Positions 13,230 through 25,460 of a stretch of DNA of 64,000 nucleotides are shown here, in pieces. Position 1 is the stretch's first letter; each line of letters opens with the position of its first letter. The stretch is from Rhynchobatus australiae (Eukaryota): positions 48,070,906 to 48,134,905 of the forward strand of contig JAUZTB010000098.1 of NCBI GenBank assembly GCA_034780895.1, given 5' to 3'. The notes below the pieces were generated by a model. That model was not told where the DNA came from and ran no database searches. It saw only the letters and a program-made list of their open reading frames with translations. The position numbers were made by a program, and so were the translations under genes.

Positions 13230-16200
13230 CTAGGATAAGAAAGAAGAGAAAGGACTTCTTAACAAATGTAATGCATTAAACCACTCATTATCAATTATTT
13301 TTTTACTCCAGGTATTTTTTGGTATTGTGTTTATATTAATTTCCATTACCCTCGAAAGACTGCAATGGCTTCAGACAGAATTTTGTTCCCAGATTGTTCC
13401 CAACATTTCAGTAATTCTAGCAGACAAATTATACGTACTCAAAAAAAGCCACAATGCTAAAGAAAGGTGCATAGACAAGGTTGTCTTTGCTTGGTTAAGT
13501 ATACAGACATGAAGCATTACTTGGAGCTATAATGTTTAATTTATTTAATGTTAAAATAATTTATAATGTTAAAGTTAAATCCCTTAGTGAAACATACAAT
13601 GTTGAAACTTGCATTTCAGCTTTCCAAATAGTGGTCATATGCCAAAATGTCAAGATTCATATTTTTTTATGGTGTACATGTAAATAAGCCCTTAGTAAGC
13701 AGCAAGTTACAGGAAGTATCTTCACATGTGGCTAACCATAATTTACTTATGACTTCCTTGCTCATGAGTTGGCCTATCGACCCAGTGATTGCAAAGACAG
13801 CATATTTTACTGCTGACACATCCTTGATGAATCTTACAAAAAGATGCAATCAGAGAGACAAGCAACTGATCTTTTACACCCCAGGGCACCAAAACTAAGG
13901 AATTACAACAGTCATAATGACAGAATGCAGTTTTGTTGGAGGGCATTATTATTGTGTTACCTTATGGACGTTACGGCATTGCACAAAAAGCACACTCTTT
14001 CCTGGTGATATAATCAAGGGTGTCAATAGGTCCAATTAATCACAGTCCAACTGATTTTGGATGCTAGTTCCTTATCTGAAGCAGAGAGTCCTGCGTAAAT
14101 GCTAGAGATCTGGAATGTACTGTGCACAATATCTGACATGCACATTAACGTGCAGTGAGCAGAATAATGCATGATAATTATGTTGAACCCAATTAATATC
14201 ATATTCTAGGGATCCACTGTGATTTAACTTAGACATGTTTCATTCTGAAGCAGAATGGCATAGAAATTTGTTAAGTGCTCCTTACTTCAACACTACAGAA
14301 CTTAAAAGTTAAGTGCTATAATGTCCATTCCTAGGTCACTTTGCTTTACTCCAGTAAGATGACCAGGCACTTGCCAGTGTGTGTCATGTGCTTGAGGAAG
14401 CTTCCATATCAGACATGGATTAAATGACCTCATTCTCCATTCAACAATCCTGCTCTAACAGGAAAACTTTTAGTTCACTTTGTCCCAGGGTCAGCCAACA
14501 TTGCCTACTCTTTTAAATTTGTGATGTCAATCCAGGACCATCCAGAACCCAACACTCATCCTTTGGGTCCCACTCCTTTCGATGTCACTATGCTGAACCA
14601 CCCCACAGGATACATTCTGCCTCCCCCACCCCTCTCACTAATTCAAGCCTCCAAACAACAGCTCATTCCAATTTGTCCTAAATCTCAGATTTTCCTTCAG
14701 AGATTAAAGGGAAATAAGTGACACCCATTGAGTAGTGCCCAAGGGGTTAAAGCAGTAGACCAACAACCAAAACACTCACTGGTTCTGCTTTCTTGGCACA
14801 TTCAATTTCCGTGCCAACGTAGTCTTGGCTTGTGAATCTGAAACAAGGTAGACTGGAAAGATATCCTCCTGTCACATACAAGATTCATGGTAACTTTAAG
14901 ACCAGTAATGCACAGATTCTCCCAAAAGCTTAGTGAGTAGGTATGCTGCCTGGTCCACAGGGTATACAAATCAAAAAGATGCAACATCCAATCCATGCTG
15001 TGCCCAATGTATCAGTTGAAAACACGATTCAACTGTGAAGCTCTCCCTAGCCAGTGAGCCCACTATGCTCAAGCACACAGACCAGTAATGAGGTATTGGA
15101 GAGATGCCAGCTAACTCCATATCCTCATAGAGAGCAGAGGGAAAAAAAACTGAAGGAAACAAACAACAAACTAATTAAAAGGTAAATATGCCATAAGCTC
15201 CAGGACAAGAAAATAAATTCAATTGTATTATTTTTCTTTGAATGCATGGTTTTGTCTTCCTCGAAGTAATGGAAGGTAACACAGATCTTAAGGCATGTGT
15301 GCTTCATGAGTAATGTGGTTTATAATCATCAATTGCTACCTGTCCTCTAGATGGCATTATTCTGCAGTTAATAAACTGCCAAAGAATTACCATTCTGTTC
15401 TTCACATATAAACATTGCAAACTAGACACACAAAAATTACTTTCACACTTGGTAACAAATTATTTTTATAACTTGGGTTCAATATGGTTTTCCATATCAA
15501 AAACCTGGCACATTTCTCCATGGGTTCTTGGTAGCAAACCATGAATAAGCACAACATTCATAATGTGTTTCTTTGCACACATATCTGGGAGCGAAAATCT
15601 TTCATGCTCTACGCTGGATAAAGAAGAAAACAACCCAGAGCTTTTGGAAGAATGTCACTGTCTTTCACTTATACAGGTTTGAAGATCTCGTTTTCCATTT
15701 CAGGATCTAAGAATGATTAATGGTCTCAGCAACATTATCAATTATTAGCTCTTTCTCCACAAATCTACCTTTCCCAATTTTGTTTATATGTTGAAATTCC
15801 ATAATTACAGATTAACTAAGTTCAAAGACCTCTGATCTGAATAATGCCCAAAAATGTCTGCCACCCTTAAGTGGAAAAGTTTACCTCAACTTTATAACAC
15901 GAGATTGAAATTAAGTTACTAAAAATAAATCTGTTCTGCTGTCACCTTTTTAATACTTTGCTGTCTGGACAGTACTGCCACAGAACCAAATAGAAATAAA
16001 TGACATAAACCATTTCAAACTGATAACACATCGTCCTGCTCCTCTTGTCATTCACCCAACACTTGTAAAAATAGAAGCAAATTGATTCCAGCTAGGTAAA
16101 CACATCTGGGCCTCATCCACATGCTATTCCCTACTCGCAATCAGCACAAAACTTACAGTAATAACTGATCCGACGAGGTGGTATGTAGTTCAGAGAACGC

Positions 16201-17364
16201 AGCTACACAAAACGATTCGTGAAAATATTTGCACATTGGGACAACTCTGGGCATGTTCATTACCACATTCCTTTTCACTCTTTTTTTTAAAAAAAGCTTT
16301 AGCTGTCCCATTTCATTCTCTTTCACCTTTCCCAAACACGCAAGCTTTACAAATAATGATCAACGTTAACACAAACAGCTTACCTTTCACACTGTGTTTC
16401 ATTACTGCAAGTACTAAAAAGTTCCTCTAAAGAGTGCAACTTCAAGGAGAATCACAGCACTCCAAGCTTACAGTGCAACAGCAGCATTGGAAAGAGGTCC
16501 TTATTTTTCAGTTTGCTGTGTGCTTTCCTCCCACTGAAGGTGACTGGTCTTACAAGATATGCATGAGACTTCACACTGGCCAAATATGGGAATGGAAAAT
16601 GTAAACAAGGGGGTGGAACTTCTGTGTATGCTCAAGCTAGCCACGAACACCAGTGGAATTTATGCCGAGTGATCGAATTAATACTACATGTAACCTGGTG
16701 ACTGTGTGTTGAAGGTATTCATTTTGTTAACTCAGTCCAGCTGTTTGGGCAGAATTTTCAGAGCCTTAAACCAGCAGATTGCAGCCAATGAGGCTAATAA
16801 GACCAATTAAACCATGCTGAAATTATTCATGGGTTAATTGTGTGCAAATGCTTGATATTATCAGTGGAATTCCTGCTTTCCACTGTTAAATGTCATTTTA
16901 AAGGGGGAGGCCAAGTAACAGATTCAGACAGTTTGAAAAACAAATTTACATTTATATAACACCTTTCATTTAGGAATAGATTTTTAAATTTCAGGGGTTG
17001 TTCGACTAGAAGCCAATGTAGATCAGTAACAGAGGGAAATGGATGAAGAAGACCTGATTGCCAGGCCTGGATGTGGATGAGCTAGGAGTTTACAGTGGCC
17101 CACCAGAAGAATATTGGATTCATTAAATCTGAAGTTTCAAAAGCAAGAACAAGCACTTTAGCATCAGATGAACTGATGCAAGGCAAGACCCGAGTACTGT
17201 TATGAGGTGGATGTAGACCAAGGATCAACAGCCCACGTAACAAATTGAGGCATTATCTTTCAAATTCAGTCAAAAACAACAAATGTGAAGAGCTGTATGC
17301 ATGTAATCACTCAATAACAGAATAGAGGTACCCTTTAATTTGTAACAGTGAAGCAAATTACTGG

Positions 17365-17368
<4 letters not shown>

Positions 17369-17439
<71 letters not shown>

Positions 17440-17539
17440 NNNNNNNNNNNNNNNNNNNNNNNNNNNNNNNNNNNNNNNNNNNNNNNNNNNNNNNNNNNNN
17501 NNNNNNNNNNNNNNNNNNNNNNNNNNNNNNNNNNNNNNN

Positions 17540-17612
<73 letters not shown>
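17369..17612 (+). repeat. (TG)n microsatellite spanning a 100-N gap
   Basis: Perfect TG runs on both sides of the gap. Confidence 0.98.
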
Positions 17613-17615
<3 letters not shown>

Positions 17616-19064
17616 CACGTATTGTTAAGTGTGTTAAAGAACTGAAAGTGGAAGACTGCTATTTACTCACTTCTGAAATCTGATCATTAAACTCTAAAGG
17701 ACCCTTAGAAAAAATATATGAAAGCTGTATTTTTTTTTACAAAAATAGCTGTTCACTCATTAATCTCATAAGGCAAACACTTCCCATTCCCTTATGTCAG
17801 GAGGCTGGACATATTTCCTCACAGGCTATCCTCACAAACCACTGACCATAAAGCATCAGTTTTATCCAGGAATCCCTTAAGTTCACATGCATGCCCCTGT
17901 CTCTGCCAGGAGTAAAGCCTGTGAGGAGGGCTAAGCAGGAACTTTATTGCAAAATACAGCCTTTGTGCCCGGAACAACTCTTTGAAAATCTCAGTGAAAT
18001 TGTATTTGGTGCCAGTGAGAGACCTGCTGAGGCCCAGCATCAGGTGAGTCCTGACAGGCAATAGTGGAAGAGTCTAGTCCTGACCTGAAGCATCAGGGAA
18101 ACAGTGATATATCACTTGTCATTTCAATTAAGGAACTGTGACTGTCCCAGTGATTCTGTGTGCATGTGCACATCATCATTCTCTGTATAACGGATCAAAG
18201 CCACACATCTTCAAGAGTTGTATACAGCCCCAGAATTAAGGAGTCTTGGAGATAAGACAATTTGGGGTCAGCAATTCAACTAAGAATCTCAGGTCACAAC
18301 AGCCCTGTTTAGTCACAATGGCACGGGAAGGTGAAGCAATTGGTGGCTGCACACAGGAAATCATAATAGTGGCTTTTATTGTTCTAGTACGAAAATAGAG
18401 TAAATTTCCACTCCTATACAAACTCCAAGTGTAACGTTTATTGGAAATGTTTTAGCCAAAAACAAAATTAAATTCTAGATCGGAATTGAGGGGAAGAGTT
18501 TGTCCCTGACCATTGAACTCACACAGTGGTCAACAGAAGCTATTAAATATTCTCAAAACATGAGCCAATAAAGCTGATGTGCAAGAAGCAATATCACAAG
18601 ATATACATCTTCCCTCTACCATCTCTAAAGTTGAACCATTTCACATATACACACGCAAAATCAGCATTAGGAGATCCATATGTATACTCATAGCTTCCTA
18701 ACAATACAGCTATGAAATAAATGACAATCACCACCCCCCCACCCCCGTAAACAAGCCCACACTAGAGATCACACTCAAGCTATTTACTGTTTAATGTCAA
18801 AAGAGCTAAACCTTCCTCCTTTCAACAATTCCAAAGTAGACTGAAGTAACTTAATCATTCTACTGGTTTCATCTTACACCACAAAACTTCAAGTTAATTA
18901 AATAAAGTAGAAATATTAATTCTACTACACAAGAGAGACCACCTTCCTTTTTGATGAAATTGCTAAATTCCATGCTGTTATTTAGTGCTATCAATATTAG
19001 TATCTTCTACATTCTGTTCACTTAACAACTGAGGACAATAAATTCTAGATAATTATTTTAAAAC

Positions 19065-19235
19065 TAAGTGCTGGAAACACTTAGCAGGTCAGGCAGCATC
19101 TGTGGAAAGACAAACAGAGTTAACGTTTCAAGTCAATGTTTTTCATTGTTTTGAAGGAAATCTGACAAAGGGTCCTGGATCTGAAATGGATGTGACTGGA
19201 CCTGCTGTGTATTTCCAGTATCTTCTCTTTTTATT
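19065..19235. mobile_element. Penelope-derived fold-back element (old copy)
   Basis: tgctggaaacacttagcaggtca...gacctgctgtgtatttccagta inverted arms. Confidence 0.6.
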
Positions 19236-19332
19236 GCATCCATTTTATTGTTGGGAATGTGTAGTCATTGCTGATTTGTCTGGCCTCTCAACAGTGTACC
19301 TGAATTATGTTAAAGACTTCTGACAAGTCATT

Positions 19333-19670
19333 GGGGTAGCATGATGGTGCAGCTTACAACTCCAGGAACACTGATTCAATCCTGACTTTGGGCTCTGTCT
19401 CATTCTTTGCAGCCAAATCAGTTTCCTCTGGGTGCTAATGTTCCCTCCCATGTCCCACAGATGTTCTGGTAAGTTTATTGGCAACTGTAAATTACCCCTC
19501 AGTGTAGGGTAATGACATAAAGAATCGGGGGGGGGGGGGGGTTGATTGTCAGATGCGAGTGAACGTGGATTGCAGGGTTACAGAGGAATAAGGAGCAGAG
19601 GAATGGGACAAATGAGTTTGCTCCCCTCAGAAGCTGACATGGACCCGATGGGCTGAATGGCCTCATTAGG
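19333..19670 (+). mobile_element. tRNA-derived V-SINE (HE1-like)
   Basis: B-box-like gattcaatcc, V core (gtttcctctgggtgct...attggcaactgtaaattacccct) and CR1-like tail (gatgggctgaatggcctc). Confidence 0.65.
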
Positions 19671-20624
19671 GCCATGGGTGATGGGTAAATTAAGCTATAT
19701 GAGCTTTCAGACTCCTTATACCAATTGCCAGCTTATGTCGAAGGCTGCATGCATGCGTGGCCACAGCAAGTTGTACCCAGAGCATTTTCCAGGACCAATG
19801 GACAGGAAAGATCTGCTTTTACTGCAATCTTCCAAGGCACGCGATTTTTGCAGAAGTTGAGATCTTTGCTGACAATGGTATGATGAAATGCCGCTGATAT
19901 GCTTGTTGAGCTTTGCTCTGCTGTGCGAAATAGCTAAAATAACTCCAGCAGAAGATTGCCCGAATGACTCGCTGCTCATTGCATGACTGGCATTTGGAAA
20001 ACATTCCATAATTCCTCCTGGCCTGCATGTCCCTGCTCTGAATTACGTTACACATCAAATTTCCATGAAAACAAATCCATATGCCTTTCAACAGATTTTT
20101 AATTTTGTGCTATAGCCTTGGGGGTGTGTCAGTGTGCTCCATTTTAGTTCTGAGGCAGATGGATGGCAATGTCCAGCATGTCTCTTTGCTGACTGAGATT
20201 GCATATCATTGTCATTGGTTGTGGTTACTTCTTTAGAAACAAAGTGGTGCGTGAAGTCTTTCTGCATGCTGTCACATGGAAAGCAGCTCAAGTACCTGAA
20301 AGTATTTCTTAACGTGCAAAGCGACCAAATATCTCCTGCAAGTCTCTTGCTTATTTTCTTTGTGGCAATCTGTAAAAGGCGAGCCGGCTGGGGAAGGAAA
20401 TATCTTGCAGTCTTTTACACACATTTAAAACACGGAAGTCAAGGTGGTCAAAATCTGACATCATAATTCCTAAATTTAAAATTTGCCCTTGCTATTTTGT
20501 CTAACCTGGTAAGGTCATTGACCTACTCTTACAGTCAGGAATTAACCACAAGTTGCCAGAAGCAGCACTCACTGCAAAAGCAATTTCCTTCTGCTGGAAT
20601 AGATCATCTTAATCATAACTTTTA

Positions 20625-21700
20625 GGTACAGCAAGCAACGAAGAAGGTAAAGAGGAAACTGCAAGAGGATTTGAGTACAAGAGTAAAGATGATTTACCCA
20701 ACTACAAATGGTTGTGATAAAATAGCACTTGAAATATTATGTACAGATCTGGTCTCCCTACCTAAGGGAACATCTATTTGAGGAAGAGGGAGTGCAAAAG
20801 AGGTTCACTGATAGATTCTTGGCTTGGCTTGTTTATCCCTTGAGGATAGATTGCATCTTTATTCTCTTGAATTAAGGAGAATGAGAGATGATCTCATTGA
20901 CACGTACAAAATTCTCACAGGGATTGACAGGATAAAATAAAAGTATAATGCATTCCCTGCAACAATCTGCTGGAGGAACTCAGTGGGTTGAGCAGCATCT
21001 GTGGGGGGAAAGTAAATGTCAAATTTTAGATCGATGCAGGGTCTTGATCTGAAACATTGACAAAACTCTGGTTAGACTACATTTAGAATACTGCGTCCAG
21101 TTCTGGTTGCCTCATTATAGGAAGAATGTGGAGGGGTTGGAAAGGGTGCAGAGGAGATTTACCAGGATGCTGCCTGGATTAGAGAGTATGGATTATGAGG
21201 AGAGACCTCTCTGTGTCAAGTGTCTAAAGAGACTAAAAGGAGCTAGCGCTTTACTCATTGGAGAGGAGGAGGATGAGGGGAGACATGATAGAGGTATACA
21301 AGATATTAAGAGGAATAGATAGAGNNNNNNNNNNNNNNNNNNNNNNNNNNNNNNNNNNNNNNNNNNNNNNNNNNNNNNNNNNNNNNNNNNNNNNNNNNNN
21401 NNNNNNNNNNNNNNNNNNNNNNNNTGTTTTATTGTTCTAATTCCTTTATCCCCACAGATGCTGTTTGACCCACTGAGTTCCTCCAGTAGATGGTTTGTTG
21501 TTCCAGAGTCTAGCATGTGCAGTCTCTTGTCTCTTGGATGTATTCCCTAGCTGGGATAAGACGAAAGGAATTAGTCACTGACCATATTCAAGACTGAGAT
21601 TGATAGATCTTTGAACATTAAAGAAATCAAGGGATATGAAATGAGTGCAGAAAAGTGACGCTAATGTAATAGGTTAGCCATGATCTTACTGAATGGCAGA
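20625..21700 (+). mobile_element. Nested cluster: old CR1 3' fragment > fold-back element (about 20959-21537) > younger CR1 fragment (about 21066-21324)
   Basis: CR1 text resumes after 21540; the inverted arms are flanked by atgcattccct/atgtattccct; the inner ORF PHYRKNVEGLERVQRRFTRMLPGL is CR1 ORF2. Confidence 0.75.
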
Positions 21701-23142
21701 GAAGTCACAACTCAATAAGATCACTGCTGATTTTTTTTTTAGCAAATAGTAAAAGGGGTCAAATAGCTTCTTCTCCTTCCAATTTTTATATCCTTTTGCC
21801 CTTCAGGAGCATCCTTCCACTTGTGCAAAAAAAAAGCACTCAAATTCCAACACTGACCACCTCAAATGAAAGGCTGTTACTTATGAAACCTCAGTGCCAC
21901 TAAGAAAAATTTCGAAGTGGCGCAAACGATTCGAGCAAAAAAATGAAGAAGGGCCATTTCAGCCACACAGTCACTTTAATGTTGAGACAGCAATGAAGTC
22001 TTCCGCCCTGCCCTAATAGGAAAGTGCCCATGTCGAGTACTACAGCATTGTGAGTTGGTATTTAAAAGTAAACTGGATTAGAAAAATAGGATGAATTGAC
22101 ATTGATAAACATTTGTTCAGTCTCAGCTTAAATCTTCTGTCAAGTCTGTGTCAACTGCCTTACATCTCAAATGTATGCAGCCCATGCCCCATTTTTCATC
22201 CATTGTACATTATTTTGCACAGGTTTTCACTTTTTTATCTTAATGTTAATTATTTAACATGTTCATCTTGAAAGGACACATCTATTCGAGGTAAGTTGCT
22301 TTGCTGTTACTGTACAACAGCTGGTATGTTTGCCCCAAAACTCACTGCCCTCCACAAAGTAAGGAAAATTCTTGGATAAATTCCCTAATGGTAAGATCAT
22401 TTATGAAAGTATTTCTTAAAAAGTAGATTAGAACTTGAATTAATTCACAGAAAAAAATAATTTTCACAATTTCAGGGCTACTGAGGTAAAAGCTTCATGC
22501 AGGTTGTTACTAAGATGTGCATTTATTTGAACCTTTGAAGCCACGGAGGGTGATCTGTGCCAACTTTACCAACTTTCATTGCAGGAACCAACTCTTTAAT
22601 GAATTCCCAACCAGAAGAGAATGCACAGAAAGAAGTTTTTAAATAAGTCACCAAATATAAATTAGTTAGCTTAGATTTTTCACCTTCACATAAGAAAACT
22701 CATTACAAATTAGTAGAGGACTGTGCTTTCTAACACATCCACAAATTATCCGCACTGAAGTCAGGTATGCCTGACAGAATCAGTGGCCTGGTCTTTCATC
22801 TGAGCAAAGACTGATAGGATGAAAATCTCCCCTGTTTTATGCCTTATATATATATATTTTGTCAGCAATTTCTAAAGCAAGTTTGACAATTTTCCAACTA
22901 GTCCTTGTTGCCATTAATCAAGAGCAGCACATTTACAACTTCACTCATTATTGCGCATGTAAGAAATGGAAACATCACACAGCTGCTCTGAATCTGCCAT
23001 TAACGTTCAACTCTATTCCACCTCTGAATGTATTAACGACACACTGCAACAATATGGTACTCAAATGGATACAACTTAATAGAACTGAAAACAAGAAAAA
23101 AAAGTAATCCAATTAAAATCTAATGCAATACACATGCCTTAC

Positions 23143-23247
23143 CTTCCCCATCAGCAGTGAGTGTTTCATAGGAATCCCACCGGATCAATGGGTCAGCAGT
23201 GTTATAATCCACAATTACTCCATGATCGTTCTGGAGATGCTCGGAAC
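23143..23247 (-). CDS. TNS3: TNS3 exon ([35 protein letters not shown]), 105 nt, phase 1/1
   Basis: ctcatag|GTTCCGAG...GGGGAAG|gtaagg; conserved tensin [16 protein letters not shown] motif. Confidence 0.95.
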
Positions 23248-25199
23248 CTATGAGACAATATGTTCAGCATGACATTCATAATTATGCACGATTTTACATA
23301 CAAAAGATAATTCATCAAAAGATGCAACACTCATTTTAGTCCAACTACTGGGTCGTGCATTATTATTTTTTTTAGACACAAGAAAATGTAATGTACATTC
23401 ATTGCAAGACACCATCCAAATGTAGTTGCAGCTCTCTGAGAATAAAATAAACTGAAAGGAAAGCTTAGAAAAAAGCTTCAGAGCTTGCACTAATGATGTA
23501 TCTAATCCAGAATCCCACAAAAGTCAGCACACACCCACAGCTGTGGTTTGTTTCCTTGCATTTGATGAGATCAGAATATTCAAAGGATACAAATTCTAAC
23601 TGAAAGCTCTGGGATTAGGCTTAACATACATACATCTAATGTTTCTTGTTGCAGACACTTCTTTTTGAATAAAGAGTTACATTATTAGGAGCTCATGGGA
23701 CATTGTTAGCTCCAAACTGCAAGATATTTAAGTTGTGTTTAAACATAACAGACCATCAGTATAAAGTTAAACAGTTCATGTAAAATTCAAAACAAAAGCT
23801 CAACCTGTGTAGTAAAACTTTTAATATGCTTAAGCAAACTGCTTTTGCCTTGATTTAAATTTAAACCACCCTTTTTCATTTTCCTTACTAAATTTATATT
23901 ACACTGAGAGAAATGTCCAAAATATTCCTTGCTGTCTGGCCCTCAGTCTTTTGTACTGCTTCAATAGATAAGCATTACTTACCCTGATCTTTCAGCTCAG
24001 ACTGAGATTTCAGTAGAACAGCCATGAAATTGTGTACAGCCTCAGCTCTAAAAAGGCAATAGAAACTGTTCCAAAGAGCTTTTTTGTTACAATATCGCTG
24101 GCCAGTATGCCTTATTAGAGGAGACAGAAGACAGCCAGGGAACATCACGGGTCCTTCTATTTCCTGTTTTGTTTTGTCTCCAGGGCATTCCTTGATAGGG
24201 GCATCACATTTACTTGGGACATCACAGTCCATTGAGGAACTGCTGTATGAACTCATCAATGTGCTAGGGAGAGATGATTGAAATGGCATCTGGGCAGCAG
24301 ATCAGGCTGAAATAGGTTGTGATCACTTCCAATCAATGCATGTTAACATGTTGCAAAGCAAGCACAGACAAATGTTGTTTTCAAGACACACCACAGGGTG
24401 CGTGTCACAGGGAATGTACTCTTCAAACTTCAACTTTGTGCATTTTCTCCCAGAAGCGCTTCATGTCTATATAACAAACCAAGACTGAAGGAAGCAACTT
24501 CCACCAATATCCCTTCTATACGTGGCTACGTTCAGGTACGTTCCTACTGAATCCAAGCCTCCTAAATCACTGCTCTCTGCTGAGCCCAGGTAACTAATTT
24601 CTAGCACCACATACAACTCCCCAAGCTGGCATCTATTGCAAGCCCATAGTTCTTTTATGCAGACAGTGGTCCCAAGCTGCCCTCTCCACCACTCTTCCCC
24701 ACTACTCTAACTGCCTGGGGGCTCATGGTCACAGAAAGGAAATTACCAGTTAGATGCTAAGATTTTATCTGTCTCTTGTCTTGGCCCTCGAGCTGCAACT
24801 GACAGGCGAGAATTTATCATCAGCCGTGGAAAATCACAAATTTAAATTCAATAACTCTGGTAATTTCTGAAGCAGCAGCAGAAAAACATCTGAAAGTTCA
24901 TGTCTTATTGCAAATACCCTACTGGCTCAGCAACGTCTTTCAGAAAATCTACTGCATCTATTTGGTCTGGCGATTCAAGTCCCACCCAAATAGTTGACTA
25001 TGAATGAGCACTGCAGAAGCCTAGCAGGCCACACAGTTTGAACAATTACTACAAGGTTCAATCACAGGAAGAAAAATGTCTTGGGATAAGACCAAATAGG
25101 CCTAGTTCAATCAATGCTCATCAACGCTCAAGCGAGAGGACTGTCCAACAAACTCAGTGATTGACATGTTGTTCCCCACCAAAGTGTATCCGCTAACCT

Positions 25200-25460
25200 C
25201 CAGGTGACACATCTCACGGCTCCAGCAACCTGGGTTCAATCCTGACCTCCCTTTCTGCCTGTGTAGAGAGTTTGCACATTCTTCCTATGACTCTGGATGC
25301 TCGGGTTTCCTCACACATCTCAAAGATGTGCAGGTTGGTAGGTTAATTGGCCACTGTAAATTATCCTTGATGAATAAATGAGTGGTAGACTTTGGAAGGA
25401 ACTGATGAAAATATGGGGAGAATAAAATGGAATTAATGTAAATGGGTGCATAGTGGTCCT
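25200..25460 (+). mobile_element. tRNA-derived V-SINE (HE1-like), followed by a minus-strand CR1 3' tip at about 25468-25590
   Basis: gggttcaatcctgacc B box; gagtttgcacattct...ggttaattggccactgtaaatt V core. Confidence 0.7.

Noticed and set aside
13228-13230. ORF-track start M of the 456-aa ORF
   Set aside because: It is GTG formed by the acceptor ag|TG; the exon is internal.
11825-13279. Several + strand ORFs overlapping the large exon
   Set aside because: Antisense shadows of TNS3 coding sequence with no independent protein signal.
17348-17683. CVCV/HTHT ORFs
   Set aside because: Translation of a (TG)n microsatellite plus a gap.
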